Shown: positions 53,175 to 62,309 of the stretch, piece after piece
Position numbering within the stretch: the stretch's first letter is position 1
Layout: every line of letters starts with the position of its first letter
NCBI GenBank assembly: GCA_963663965.2
Contig: CAXXFK010000001.1
Location: forward strand, 320,001-384,000
Length of the DNA: 64,000 nt
Direction: 5' to 3'
Origin: Sedimentisphaerales bacterium
GTDB taxonomy: Bacteria > Planctomycetota > Phycisphaerae > Sedimentisphaerales > SM23-30
Translations under genes and position numbers: made by a program
The notes under the pieces: generated by a model
The model's input: the letters and a program-made list of their open reading frames with translations, nothing else
Told to the model about the DNA's origin: nothing
Databases searched by the model: none

Positions 53175-55175
53175 ATGGCAGAGCAAATGACTATTGGCAA
53201 AAAACTTACCATCAGCTTTTCGGTTATCATTCTTCTCACAGCAATTCTTTCAGGAGTGACTCTCTGGGGCTTGCATGTGATCAAAGAAAATCGCATCGAA
53301 CTCGTTCAACGCAACGCGGATGCGCGTATTGCCATGCAGATACCTTACTGGTCAATCAAACAGTATCAGATCCAGGCCGACCTGATTATCAACCGCGACC
53401 TGGACCTGATAACAGAATTTGATCAAGCCGCGGAACAGATGGATTATTATCGCGAAGAAACAAATAAAATACTGGATACTTCCACAGAAGAAGAATGGTT
53501 CGCCTCTTTGGTAAAAGCCGATGAAGCCTACGACAAACTCTTCCACGAAAAAGTGGTTGAAGAAGTCAAACATCAAAACAAAAATCTGATCGCCCTGTGC
53601 GACGCCCAAAGCGATGAACTGATTTCTAAAGTGGAAGAACTGGGTGGCAAAATTCGTGATTCTTTGCTCGAAGAATTTAATGAAGCCGTGCAATCGGGTG
53701 AAAAAGACTTGATCAAAAAACGGGCCGAAGATTTACATGTCGCCGATATGTACCTGTACTGGCTCATCAAACAATATCAGAACCAGGCGGACTTGATCAT
53801 CAACCGCGACCTGGACATCGTCAAAGACTTCGAAGAATCCTCCCAGCAGTTCGACGCATATAAAACCAAACTTCAAGCCGCTGTCGACACCCCCCAGGAA
53901 ATAAATTGGATCGCCGAGGCGAACCAGGCAAATGATCAATTCAATCGCTTGTTCCACGAACAGGTGGTGCCCGAAGTCAAACATATCCTGGAAGAAAGGA
54001 TTGCTGTTTATGATGAAGAATCTGACCGGTTGATCAGTCAGGTTGAAACCATGGCCAAAAATATCAGCGAATCAATCCAGCAAGAAGCCAGTGATGTCTC
54101 CGAAAGTTCTCAACACATTCAGGGAATGGTCAATACCACCGTTTCCATTCTGGCCGGCGCCGTTGCCATTCTGGGCGTACTGTTAGCCTTCGTGATCATT
54201 CGTTCTCTGACCGCAGTTTTAAGACGCATTATCAACGAACTGAAATCCGGAGCCGATCAGGTCTACTCCGCCGCCAGTCAGGTAAGTTCCGCCGCTCAGT
54301 CTCTGGCCGAAGGCACCACCGAACAGGCTGCCAGTCTGGAAGAAACCTCCAGCAGTATGGAGGAAATGTCTTCGATGACGGTTAGCAACGCAGACAATTC
54401 GGCTCAGTGCAACACCGTTATGCGGACCGAAGCCGGACCCAACTTCGAAGAAATCACCGGCGCCAATGAAAAAATGCGTCAGGCCATGGCGCGAACCGTC
54501 GAATTTGGACGGCAAACTGGCCAGATCATCAAGACTATCGATGAAATCGCCTTTCAGACCAACCTGCTCGCTTTAAATGCCGCCGTCGAAGCGGCCCGGG
54601 CCGGAGAAGCCGGTAAAGGATTCGCTGTCGTCGCCGAAGAAGTACGCAACCTGGCCATGCGCGCCGCAGAAGCGGCCAAAGAAACCGGTGACCTGATCGG
54701 ACAGTCAAATTCCCAGATCGAACAGGCCGCCAACCTCCATAATCAAGTAAACACCCTGCTCGCAACCAATGCCGCTATTGCCCAGAAAATAACTGGTCTG
54801 ATCGAAGAAATCACTCAGGCCAGCCGGGAGCAGTCCGAAGGCTTCGGCCAGATCAATAAGGCCGTCACGCAAATGGACCGGCTCACCCAGCAGAATGCTG
54901 CCAACGCCGAAGAATCTGCCAGCGCCTCCGAAGAACTCAGCGCCCAGGCCCAGCAGATGTTCGCCATCGTTGGCGACCTGGTAGCCCTGGTAGGCGGTGA
55001 TCACCAGCAATCAACCGCGACCAGTTCGCGTTCCTCCACTCAGAAAAAATTATCCAATTCCGACCACCTCTATCATAATATCGCCAACCGGCCGGCCAAA
55101 CCGAAAAATGAACGTTACCAGGCTACCTCTACCCAGCCAACCAGCGTCACCAATTCTGATTTTAATGAATTCTAG
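53175..55175 (+). CDS. Methyl-accepting chemotaxis protein with tandemly duplicated periplasmic sensor domain
   Basis: Two TM helices; IAFQTNLLALNAAVEAARAGEAGKGFAVVAEEVRNLA; 137-aa internal repeat (YWxIKQYQxQADLIINRDLD). Confidence 0.95.
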   Translation: MAEQMTIGKKLTISFSVIILLTAILSGVTLWGLHVIKENRIELVQRNADARIAMQIPYWSIKQYQIQADLIINRDLDLITEFDQAAEQMDYYREETNKILDTSTEEEWFASLVKADEAYDKLFHEKVVEEVKHQNKNLIALCDAQSDELISKVEELGGKIRDSLLEEFNEAVQSGEKDLIKKRAEDLHVADMYLYWLIKQYQNQADLIINRDLDIVKDFEESSQQFDAYKTKLQAAVDTPQEINWIAEANQANDQFNRLFHEQVVPEVKHILEERIAVYDEESDRLISQVETMAKNISESIQQEASDVSESSQHIQGMVNTTVSILAGAVAILGVLLAFVIIRSLTAVLRRIINELKSGADQVYSAASQVSSAAQSLAEGTTEQAASLEETSSSMEEMSSMTVSNADNSAQCNTVMRTEAGPNFEEITGANEKMRQAMARTVEFGRQTGQIIKTIDEIAFQTNLLALNAAVEAARAGEAGKGFAVVAEEVRNLAMRAAEAAKETGDLIGQSNSQIEQAANLHNQVNTLLATNAAIAQKITGLIEEITQASREQSEGFGQINKAVTQMDRLTQQNAANAEESASASEELSAQAQQMFAIVGDLVALVGGDHQQSTATSSRSSTQKKLSNSDHLYHNIANRPAKPKNERYQATSTQPTSVTNSDFNEF

Positions 55176-55215
55176 CGCTCGCCGTGTCCGGCTCTCAAAA
55201 TCTCGTTGATCCACT

Positions 55216-55250
55216 CCAGGGCAATCCACTCGCGGTTGCCCTTGTTTGTT
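55216..55250 (+). terminator. Terminator-like hairpin after the MCP gene
   Basis: AGGGCAA..TTGCCCT followed by TGTTTGTT. Confidence 0.5.
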
Positions 55251-55578
55251 AATCCGTCCTATTCCAACAAACGTATATTATGATTCCTCTTTCTGATCTT
55301 CCTGATTCTGACATTCAGAATCACCCGGTAAAAAACATATCAAACAACGGAACATAAACACCATCCCCACAGACCACATCACCCGATACACAAAACCGTT
55401 CAAAGATGGCTTATAAAATCAGCCGAAAATCTCATACAAAAAAACTGATCACCGTAAAACAGATACAGAAAGCAATCACCAACTCCGCCCATTTCGCAGG
55501 TTTTCTCATTTGATCTATCCTCTTGTCACGTTAGATGGGAATCGCCCACGCGGTTTTAATCGGGTGCTAACTACATAG

Positions 55579-56878
55579 TCAATCCATTCTTCCCCGCTCC
55601 CCCAACTCCCAGATCGCCTGCACCAGTTGAGCCTTGCTCTCTCCGGGCAACTGTTGATACCACAGCGTCAAAACCGCCCATCTCCCAGCCCTACTGTCGA
55701 TGGATAGCCAAAATCAATATTAGGAAATCCCCCCGCCAGAACCGTCGGATCCGACCATTCTTTACCCCCATCCTCGCTGAGCCGGATAAGGATCTGATTA
55801 TCCTCTTTGGGCTGCCGCTGTCCGCCCCGATACCCATAAGTCATCAGCAGCCTCCCATCCTCCAGTCGCATCAGATGCGAAGGATGCCCCCACACCCCGA
55901 TCGAATGAGGCGTCGACCAGGTCTTCCCGCCATCCTGCGACTCGGTTTGCAGCGTCTCCCGGTTATACTCGCTATTATGATTGCGGATCTGCGCGATCAG
56001 CGCCCCATCCGGCCCATCAACCAGATGCAGTTCATGATAGGCCCCGGCTTTATGCCCCGGCCGATTCGGGATCCGGCCAATAATCTCCCAGTTCAAACCG
56101 TCATCGAACGATTCCGCCACCGCGATAAAGGGCTCATCCCCCGGCGACGCCTCCCGCTTGCCCGCCCACAACAGCCGGCCATCCTTCGTCAATACCGGCC
56201 CATGCGGCGCCATCAACGGTACCATCTTCGGCTCCGACCAGCTCTTACCCCCATCCGTGCTCCGGATCAGCCATTGCGGACAGGTTCGCACCGGCTTGCC
56301 CTGCTCCATCTGCTCCAGATACGCCTTGATCTCCGGATAGTCACAGTTCTCCGACGTCATCTCCCGCTTGGCCTTCAGCCAACGCTCCCGCTTCTCTTTC
56401 GGCCACGCCGTGTTCTTCTCATCCAGGTACCGCGCCGATCGCTCCAGCCAGACCGTCGAACTAAACCAGGTCACCAGCAGCGTCCCTGACCCATCGCCAG
56501 AACACCCGCGTCCCGATCATCCAGCGGACTATCCACCAGCACCCGCGGCGCCGACCACGTCTTCCCTTTGTCTGTCGAACGAATCAACTCCAACCGGCCA
56601 AACGGACACACATGCTCCTCCCGGCCACCTGAATAAACCGCCACCAGATCACCCGAACCCGTCAGCGCCACCGTCGGCCAGCCACAATACATTGCTAAAT
56701 TCCGGTTCACCACCGACACCGTTACACCCTCAACCACCGCACGCCCTTCACCGGCAGCCGGATCTTTATCTGGTACAGTATCACCCGTTACGATAGCTCC
56801 AGTAGATAAAATCCATAATGCCAACGCCGACAACCCAATCCGACTATGATTCGACCACCGCCTGTTAATTTTCAACAT
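55579..56878 (-). pseudogene. BNR/Asp-box sialidase-like secreted protein, split by two single-base frameshifts (possibly sequencing errors)
   Basis: Asp-boxes STDKGKTW, STDGGKSW, SFDDGLNW, SQDGGKTW and SEDGGKEW. One extra base near 56490 gives ...GVLAMGSGTLLVTWF. One extra T near 55670 gives ...GRFLTLWYQ...QAIWEL with the stop at 55579. Confidence 0.8.
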
Positions 56879-57235
56879 AAATACTCCTTCTATTTACCGG
56901 AAAAACAGCATCAATTCATCACCTGTTTCCCTAACACGGCTACCTTCTGATTAAATCCCATTTCACCTCATATTTCAACAAGATTCCCCACCTTAACTGC
57001 CCCATCATAACTCTAACGTTTTTTACCCGTTACTCATGGTTTCCTTCATGAACTCCCCAAATTCTGACAATTCTTAACCCGAATCCAAAAGATCCGTTTA
57101 ATTTTTCCTTTTTCGTATGTTAACTAATGTGTAAAGGTACATAAATGCTGTCAAATGGGTTAGAACTGAATTTTGAGGTGTAATATCACAACTCTATATT
57201 ATGACATATGTTATATTCTGGAAAGTGAATAAAAA

Positions 57236-58093
57236 ATGAATACGACCTCACAGCCCCAAAGCCCGATAACACCAGTTCGGCCAGACAAACAGCGCCATTC
57301 CGCTTTCACTCTCATCGAATTGCTGGTGGTAATTTCCATTATCGCCCTGCTCGTGGCAATTTTAATGCCCGCCCTCGGCCGCGCCCGCGACCAATCCCGG
57401 GCCACCGTCTGCGCGGTCCATCTCAGACAATGGCACAGCATCATTCAATTCTTCGCCGACGACAACGACAACAAGTTCCCCGATGCCGATTGGGATAACG
57501 ACGGCGGCGCCGACCCCCACGGCCAGTGGTGGATCCAGCCCCTCTTACGCTATTGCGATGATCCGGAAATTTACGTCTGCCCCAAAACCACCCTCAAACC
57601 CGAACTGGGCCCCCAGGACCTGACGGGCAACTCCCAGCAGGTCAACGTCTGCTGGGCCACCCGCGCGCCCTACAGCAAACCCGCTCCCATCGGCGGGGTG
57701 ATTACCTACGGCAGCCTGGCCCCCAACGGCTGGATCATGAACCCTACCGAAGGGGCCTGGAGTGGGATCAAAGATCTTTGCTGGGAAAACCTCGACGTGC
57801 CCCGCGCCGCCGAAGTCCCCCTGTTCCTGGATTGCCGCTGGGTCGACGGCTGGCCCCAGGACACCCATATGGCCTCGGTCGAAGAAAACCAGCGCACCAA
57901 CGGCATGCACCAGTACGTTGTCAACCGCCACAACGGCGCCATCAACAGCGTCTTCTGCGACGGTTCAGCCCGCCGGGTCGGACTCAAAGGACTCTGGAAA
58001 CTGAAATGGCACCGGAAATTCAACCTCAACAACGCCCAGAACCAACCCGATGCCAACTGGTACTGGATGCAAAACTTCTCCGACGACCATTAA
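57236..58093 (+). CDS. Prepilin-type N-terminal methylation / H-X9-DG (DUF1559-like) protein
   Basis: AFTLIELLVVISIIALLVAILMPALGRAR and HNGAINSVFCDG motifs. Confidence 0.92.
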   Translation: MNTTSQPQSPITPVRPDKQRHSAFTLIELLVVISIIALLVAILMPALGRARDQSRATVCAVHLRQWHSIIQFFADDNDNKFPDADWDNDGGADPHGQWWIQPLLRYCDDPEIYVCPKTTLKPELGPQDLTGNSQQVNVCWATRAPYSKPAPIGGVITYGSLAPNGWIMNPTEGAWSGIKDLCWENLDVPRAAEVPLFLDCRWVDGWPQDTHMASVEENQRTNGMHQYVVNRHNGAINSVFCDGSARRVGLKGLWKLKWHRKFNLNNAQNQPDANWYWMQNFSDDH

Positions 58094-58118
58094 CCCGCCC
58101 ACGCAAATCAAAACCCCC

Positions 58119-58280
58119 ATACGGGCGGTTCGTGAACCGCCCATCATACCCCTCCCGATTATCTTTTTTATCAAATCTCAAATTTCAAATCTCAGATCAG
58201 TCCCCCCCATCAACCACAACTCCACAACCACGAATTTTTATTGCCTTTAACCTCAGTGCCCTCTGAGTCCTCTGTGGTAA
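58119..58280. repeat. Cluster of short intergenic repeats (REP-like palindrome, heptamer and nonamer tandem repeats)
   Basis: GGGCGGTTC-GT-GAACCGCCC; AAATCTC-AAATTTC-AAATCTC; CCTCAGTGC-CCTCTGAGT-CCTCTGTGG. Confidence 0.6.
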
Positions 58281-58529
58281 ACCTGTTTTTATCCATTACC
58301 CAAACCGATCACAATATTCCCCACTCATCACCAACCATCCTGCAATAAAAAACACCCCTCACTTGCCTTTCCCTCTCAAATCTGGTACAATCCCACCATA
58401 CAAATATTAATCCTGTTAGACATAGCTTCTCACATCCTAAGAGGTGATATATATGAGTAAAAATGTGGTTCTTATCAGTATTAACCTAAGGTCGTTACAT
58501 AACCAGAAATAAAGGATTATTGCGCGATT

Positions 58530-59054
58530 ATGAATATACATATTTATGCCGAATCAGGTAATATCGATGGTGTCCAGGCGGAATTGAATCAGGGTGTCGA
58601 TATCGATTCCCTTGACAATCAGAATCATACACCTTTGATGCGCGCCCTGGCCAGTAAGGATGCTCCAATAGAAATGGTCCGGTTTTTATTGAATAAAGGC
58701 GCGGATGTAAATATAACCACTCAAAACCACTTGACTACGATACTGGACAATCCGGAATTACCAGATTCTATACTGGATATGGTACCGGATAATTTTAAAG
58801 ATTTACTCAAAAGTGCTTCAGAACTGGCAAGTAAATCAGATTTAAAAGAGAATCCATTAAAAATTGCGGTTAAATCTGGCAATCTGGAAAAGGTCAAACT
58901 ACTGGTTAGTGCCGGGACTGACATTCACTATCATTCAGACGATAGCGATATCCTCATTAATGCCTCTTACGGTTCTGATAAGTTTGGGGTCTTTATAAAA
59001 CACAGTGAATATTATTTAGTTGACAACAACCCAGAAAAATCCATAACCACTTAA
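58530..59054 (+). CDS. Ankyrin-repeat protein, apparently C-terminally truncated
   Basis: IHIYAESGN, HTPLMRA..VRFLLNKGADVN and NPLKIAVKSGNLEKVKLLVSAGTDI; upstream TTGCCT-N17-TACAAT at 58363-58391. Confidence 0.75.
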   Translation: MNIHIYAESGNIDGVQAELNQGVDIDSLDNQNHTPLMRALASKDAPIEMVRFLLNKGADVNITTQNHLTTILDNPELPDSILDMVPDNFKDLLKSASELASKSDLKENPLKIAVKSGNLEKVKLLVSAGTDIHYHSDDSDILINASYGSDKFGVFIKHSEYYLVDNNPEKSITT

Positions 59055-59166
59055 TATAAAACGTGTTAATGACATATAAGCCCTATAGGCCCTATAAGAC
59101 CTATTTTCTTAATACGCATACACGCAATAATTATATGTTATATTAATAATATAATTATTAATTATA

Positions 59167-59195
59167 TTGACTTTCAACATAACACCCCCTATAAT
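59167..59195 (+). promoter_or_regulatory. Near-consensus sigma70 promoter
   Basis: TTGACT-N17-TATAAT with an AT-only upstream tract. Confidence 0.7.
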
Positions 59196-59270
59196 CCCAA
59201 AAGTCGGCCGCCAACGGTCAAACTCAGAATGTTTTTTATTAATTTGGTCTCCAGACAAAGAGGTGAATCC

Positions 59271-59936
59271 ATGAATCGTTCAATGCAAATTCTCGCCCGC
59301 GCCCAATACTACCACCGCCCCGAAATCAACAACCTCTTCCTCTCCACCATCAACACCACCCGCCGCCAACACCAGTACATCATCGACACCCACTCCTACC
59401 ACTGCGAACTGGCCGGCCTGATCGCTTACGACCGCCGCGACTACAAACTCCGCGCCACCCGCGCCGGCCACCAGGCCCTCCAGCGCCTCGTCGTCCAGTC
59501 CCGCTCCGACAACACCATCACCGCCCGCCGCGCCACCACCCAGCTCGTCCAGCAATTCATCAAAATCACCGACCCCTACAAAGACCTGATTTCCGAAACC
59601 CCGCCCACCGACCTGGAATACCAGCAGATCATCCAGCAATCCAAAGAAATCCTCTTCAACGCCGGCTACCAGATCACCCCCGCCATCCAGTGCGACCCCA
59701 ACGCCACCCCTGAACCCGATAAAGAACCCGAAATCCCCCCAACACCAAACGTTGAGCACAGCGAAATCCCGATCTATCGGGAAAGCCAATCCAACTACCC
59801 TCCAATGCGAAACGAACCCAACATCAATAATTACAACTATAACCACAATTATAAAAATGACTTAAAACCATTCACTCCATCAGAAAATTCCCAGGACACC
59901 CCAACCAACACCACCCTCCAATGCCGCCACTACTAA
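59271..59936 (+). CDS. Hypothetical protein whose C-terminus runs into the repeat array
   Basis: GAGGTG RBS, strong promoter and C-ending codon bias like neighbouring genes. The 3' end encodes RNEPN from the repeat box. Confidence 0.65.
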   Translation: MNRSMQILARAQYYHRPEINNLFLSTINTTRRQHQYIIDTHSYHCELAGLIAYDRRDYKLRATRAGHQALQRLVVQSRSDNTITARRATTQLVQQFIKITDPYKDLISETPPTDLEYQQIIQQSKEILFNAGYQITPAIQCDPNATPEPDKEPEIPPTPNVEHSEIPIYRESQSNYPPMRNEPNINNYNYNHNYKNDLKPFTPSENSQDTPTNTTLQCRHY

Positions 59937-60619
59937 TCCCTGACAATGTAGGCCGCCGCCCACGCTGATCTAACAACCATGAGCGTAGCGAATACCAATA
60001 CGAAACAAACCCAATGATGAAAATAATGACCCTAACCTCAACAACGAAATGAGGTTAAACGAAAAGTTTAAAATCATCCGCCTCAAGGCCGCAGGTCCGC
60101 CTCAAGGCGGATACAAATAATATCTCGGAGACCGAAGGTCCGCCTCAGGAGGAGATCAAAAGCGCATAGCCCGCCAATTCATTGGCGGGGATACCCGAAC
60201 CAGAGTTTAAAAATTTTCAACCCGCGCCTCGCAGAGGCGTACCGCCAGGATTTCGCACCGGAGGCGAAAGATAAACTAGAAAACGTAGGATGGGTAACCC
60301 CCGGTTACCCATGCCGCAGGTCCGCCGTGGCGGGCTGGTCTAACAACCATGAGCGCAGCGAATACCATTACAAAACGAACCCAACGATAAAAAAAATCGG
60401 TCCTAACCTTAACCATAATTTGAACTTAACAAAAATAAGAACGAACAAAACCATGAATAAATCCAACCACCATCAGACGGATAATTCATACCCCCCAACG
60501 GACGATATCCACCCCGGTCGAGATCTGCCGCCAGATCGAATCCCGCCCATCTCCCAATGCGAAACGAACCCAATCAAACTCCCCGGCCACAAATTCTCTT
60601 GTCAGAAAATCAGGGTTAC
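59804..60619 (+). repeat. Four-unit array of an AAACGAACCCAA box + TAAC-N17-(C/G)TTA dyad, interleaved with REP-like palindromes
   Basis: Boxes end at 59821, 60014, 60384 and 60573. Dyads at 59840-59864, 60033-60057 and 60404-60428 (fourth degenerate). Approx. 100-bp direct repeat at 59964-60065 and 60334-60435. Confidence 0.8.
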
Positions 60620-60651
60620 CATAACATAAACCGTTGTTACCAATCCCATTA

Positions 60652-60828
60652 GGAGCCGTCCATAAATAAATGCTGCATTTATCGCACAGCTTGTCGTCAG
60701 ATTCAGTTGCGCCGATTGAGCGAAACCGCAGGCAGTGCTGTTCTATGTCGAGGATTTCGCGATTGAGAAGCAGATGAAGATGGCGGCAAGATGGGATGAA
60801 AATGAAGGTGTTATTTATGAACGGTTCC
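60652..60828. mobile_element. MITE-like element (177 bp) with TTA target-site duplication
   Basis: GGAGCCGTCCATAAATAA versus reverse complement of the right end GGAACCGTTCATAAATAA (16/18). TTA at 60649-60651 and 60829-60831. Confidence 0.7.
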
Positions 60829-60850
60829 TTAGATAGAAACGGAGGATCCC

Positions 60851-61378
60851 ATGCACCCAGCCATCCAACTCATCCAGGGCGATATCACTCAACAGGCCGC
60901 CGACGCCATCGTCAATGCCGCCAACAGTTCACTCATGGGCGGCGGCGGAGTCGACGGCGCCATCCACCGCGCCGGCGGCCCCGCCATTCTTGCCGAATGC
61001 AAACAGATCGTCGCCCGCCAGGGCCGGCTCCCCACCGGCCAGGCAGTCATCACCACCGCCGGCAATCTGCCCTGCCGCTATGTCATCCATACCGTCGGCC
61101 CCGTCTGGCACGGCGGCAGCAGCAACGAATCCACCCTGCTGGCCGACGCGTATCGTAACAGCCTGATCCTCGCCACCCGGAATGATCTCCAGACCATCGG
61201 TTTCCCATCCATCAGCACCGGCGCCTACCGCTTCCCCATCGACCTGGCCGCCCGAATAGCACTCCAAACTGTCAACAACTACCTTGAGCAGCATCCTCTG
61301 AAAGAAGTCCGCTTCGTCCTGTTCAGCGCCAGCGATCTGGCTACCTATCGCCAGGCCGCCGAAACACTTAATGAATAA
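60851..61378 (+). CDS. Macrodomain O-acetyl-ADP-ribose deacetylase (YmdB-like)
   Basis: GDIT, DAIVNAANSSLMGGGGVDGAIH, VIHTVGPVW and FPSISTGAY motifs. Confidence 0.95.
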   Translation: MHPAIQLIQGDITQQAADAIVNAANSSLMGGGGVDGAIHRAGGPAILAECKQIVARQGRLPTGQAVITTAGNLPCRYVIHTVGPVWHGGSSNESTLLADAYRNSLILATRNDLQTIGFPSISTGAYRFPIDLAARIALQTVNNYLEQHPLKEVRFVLFSASDLATYRQAAETLNE

Positions 61379-61384
61379 CAAACC

Positions 61385-62245
61385 ATGAATCCGGCCATTG
61401 ACAAATTAAACCAGTTATTATCCCCCTGTCGCCTGTGCCCCCGGCATTGCGGCGTCAACCGCCATGCCGGCCAAACCGGAGCCTGCGGTATCCCATCAAT
61501 ACCATGCGTCTCATCGGCGTCCCTTCACTTCGGCGAAGAAGCCTGCCTGGTAGGCCATGGCGGCAGCGGCGCCATATTTATCACCGGCTGTAATTTACAT
61601 TGCGTATTCTGCCAGAACTACGACATCAGCCAACAGTTACATGGCGATCCTTGCGATAGCCGCCAGTTACTTAGTCTTGCCCGTAACCTGATCGATCACG
61701 GCTGCGAAAATATCAACTTCGTCACCCCCACCCACGTTTCTCACGCCGTGGCGGAAACCGTTATAGCATTACGTCAAACCCCCAGGCAAGTCCCTGTCGT
61801 TTACAATTGCGGCGGTTACGAATCAGTCGAAACACTCAAACTATTAGACGGCCTGATCGATATCTACATGCCCGACTATAAATACGCCCAATCTCACACC
61901 GCTCAAAAATATTCCGGCGTTCCCGACTACCCGGGCATAGCCAACGCCGCCCTCACCGAAATGGCTCGCCAGGTTGGTCCGCTTCAGTTCGACCCACGCG
62001 GCGTAGCCTGTCGTGGTGTTCTCGTTCGTCACCTGGTCATGCCCAACGATCTCGCAGACAGCAGAACAGTCATCGAAAACATCGCCCGCGTCGCACCGGG
62101 CTGCACCATCAATATCATGAGCCAGTATCGACCCGAATACCACGCCCATCACTATCCGGAATTAATGGATTACCCTAAGTCACATGATATTCATCAATTA
62201 AAACAATACGCCCGGGAACTCGGCTTAAAGCAGGAAAATATTTAA
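61385..62245 (+). CDS. PflX-like radical SAM protein
   Basis: CRLCPRHC, HFGEE, GCNLHCVFCQN, NINFVTP, DIYMPD and VRHLVMP motifs. Confidence 0.9.
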   Translation: MNPAIDKLNQLLSPCRLCPRHCGVNRHAGQTGACGIPSIPCVSSASLHFGEEACLVGHGGSGAIFITGCNLHCVFCQNYDISQQLHGDPCDSRQLLSLARNLIDHGCENINFVTPTHVSHAVAETVIALRQTPRQVPVVYNCGGYESVETLKLLDGLIDIYMPDYKYAQSHTAQKYSGVPDYPGIANAALTEMARQVGPLQFDPRGVACRGVLVRHLVMPNDLADSRTVIENIARVAPGCTINIMSQYRPEYHAHHYPELMDYPKSHDIHQLKQYARELGLKQENI

Positions 62246-62309
62246 CCTATTTGGTTGGAATTATAAGATAATGTGATATAATAAAGTGTCTAAATGATGG
62301 AGGAAAATC

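Noticed and set aside
52700..53175. c-di-GMP riboswitch upstream of the MCP gene
   Set aside because: No GEMM-type GGCAAA/GAAA/CGCAAA signature is visible.
59120..59148. dif-like site (CACGCAATAA-TTATATG-TTATATTAATA)
   Set aside because: The central spacer is 7 nt rather than 6, the XerD arm deviates from TTATGTTAAAT, and the AT-rich context makes a chance match likely.
59804..60619. CRISPR array interpretation of the repeated boxes
   Set aside because: The repeats are short and degenerate, spacing is irregular (about 190-370 bp), and there are no cas genes in the window.
60327..60629. 100-aa ORF containing KTNP/ETNP
   Set aside because: It is a translation of the DNA repeat boxes, with no RBS or coding bias.
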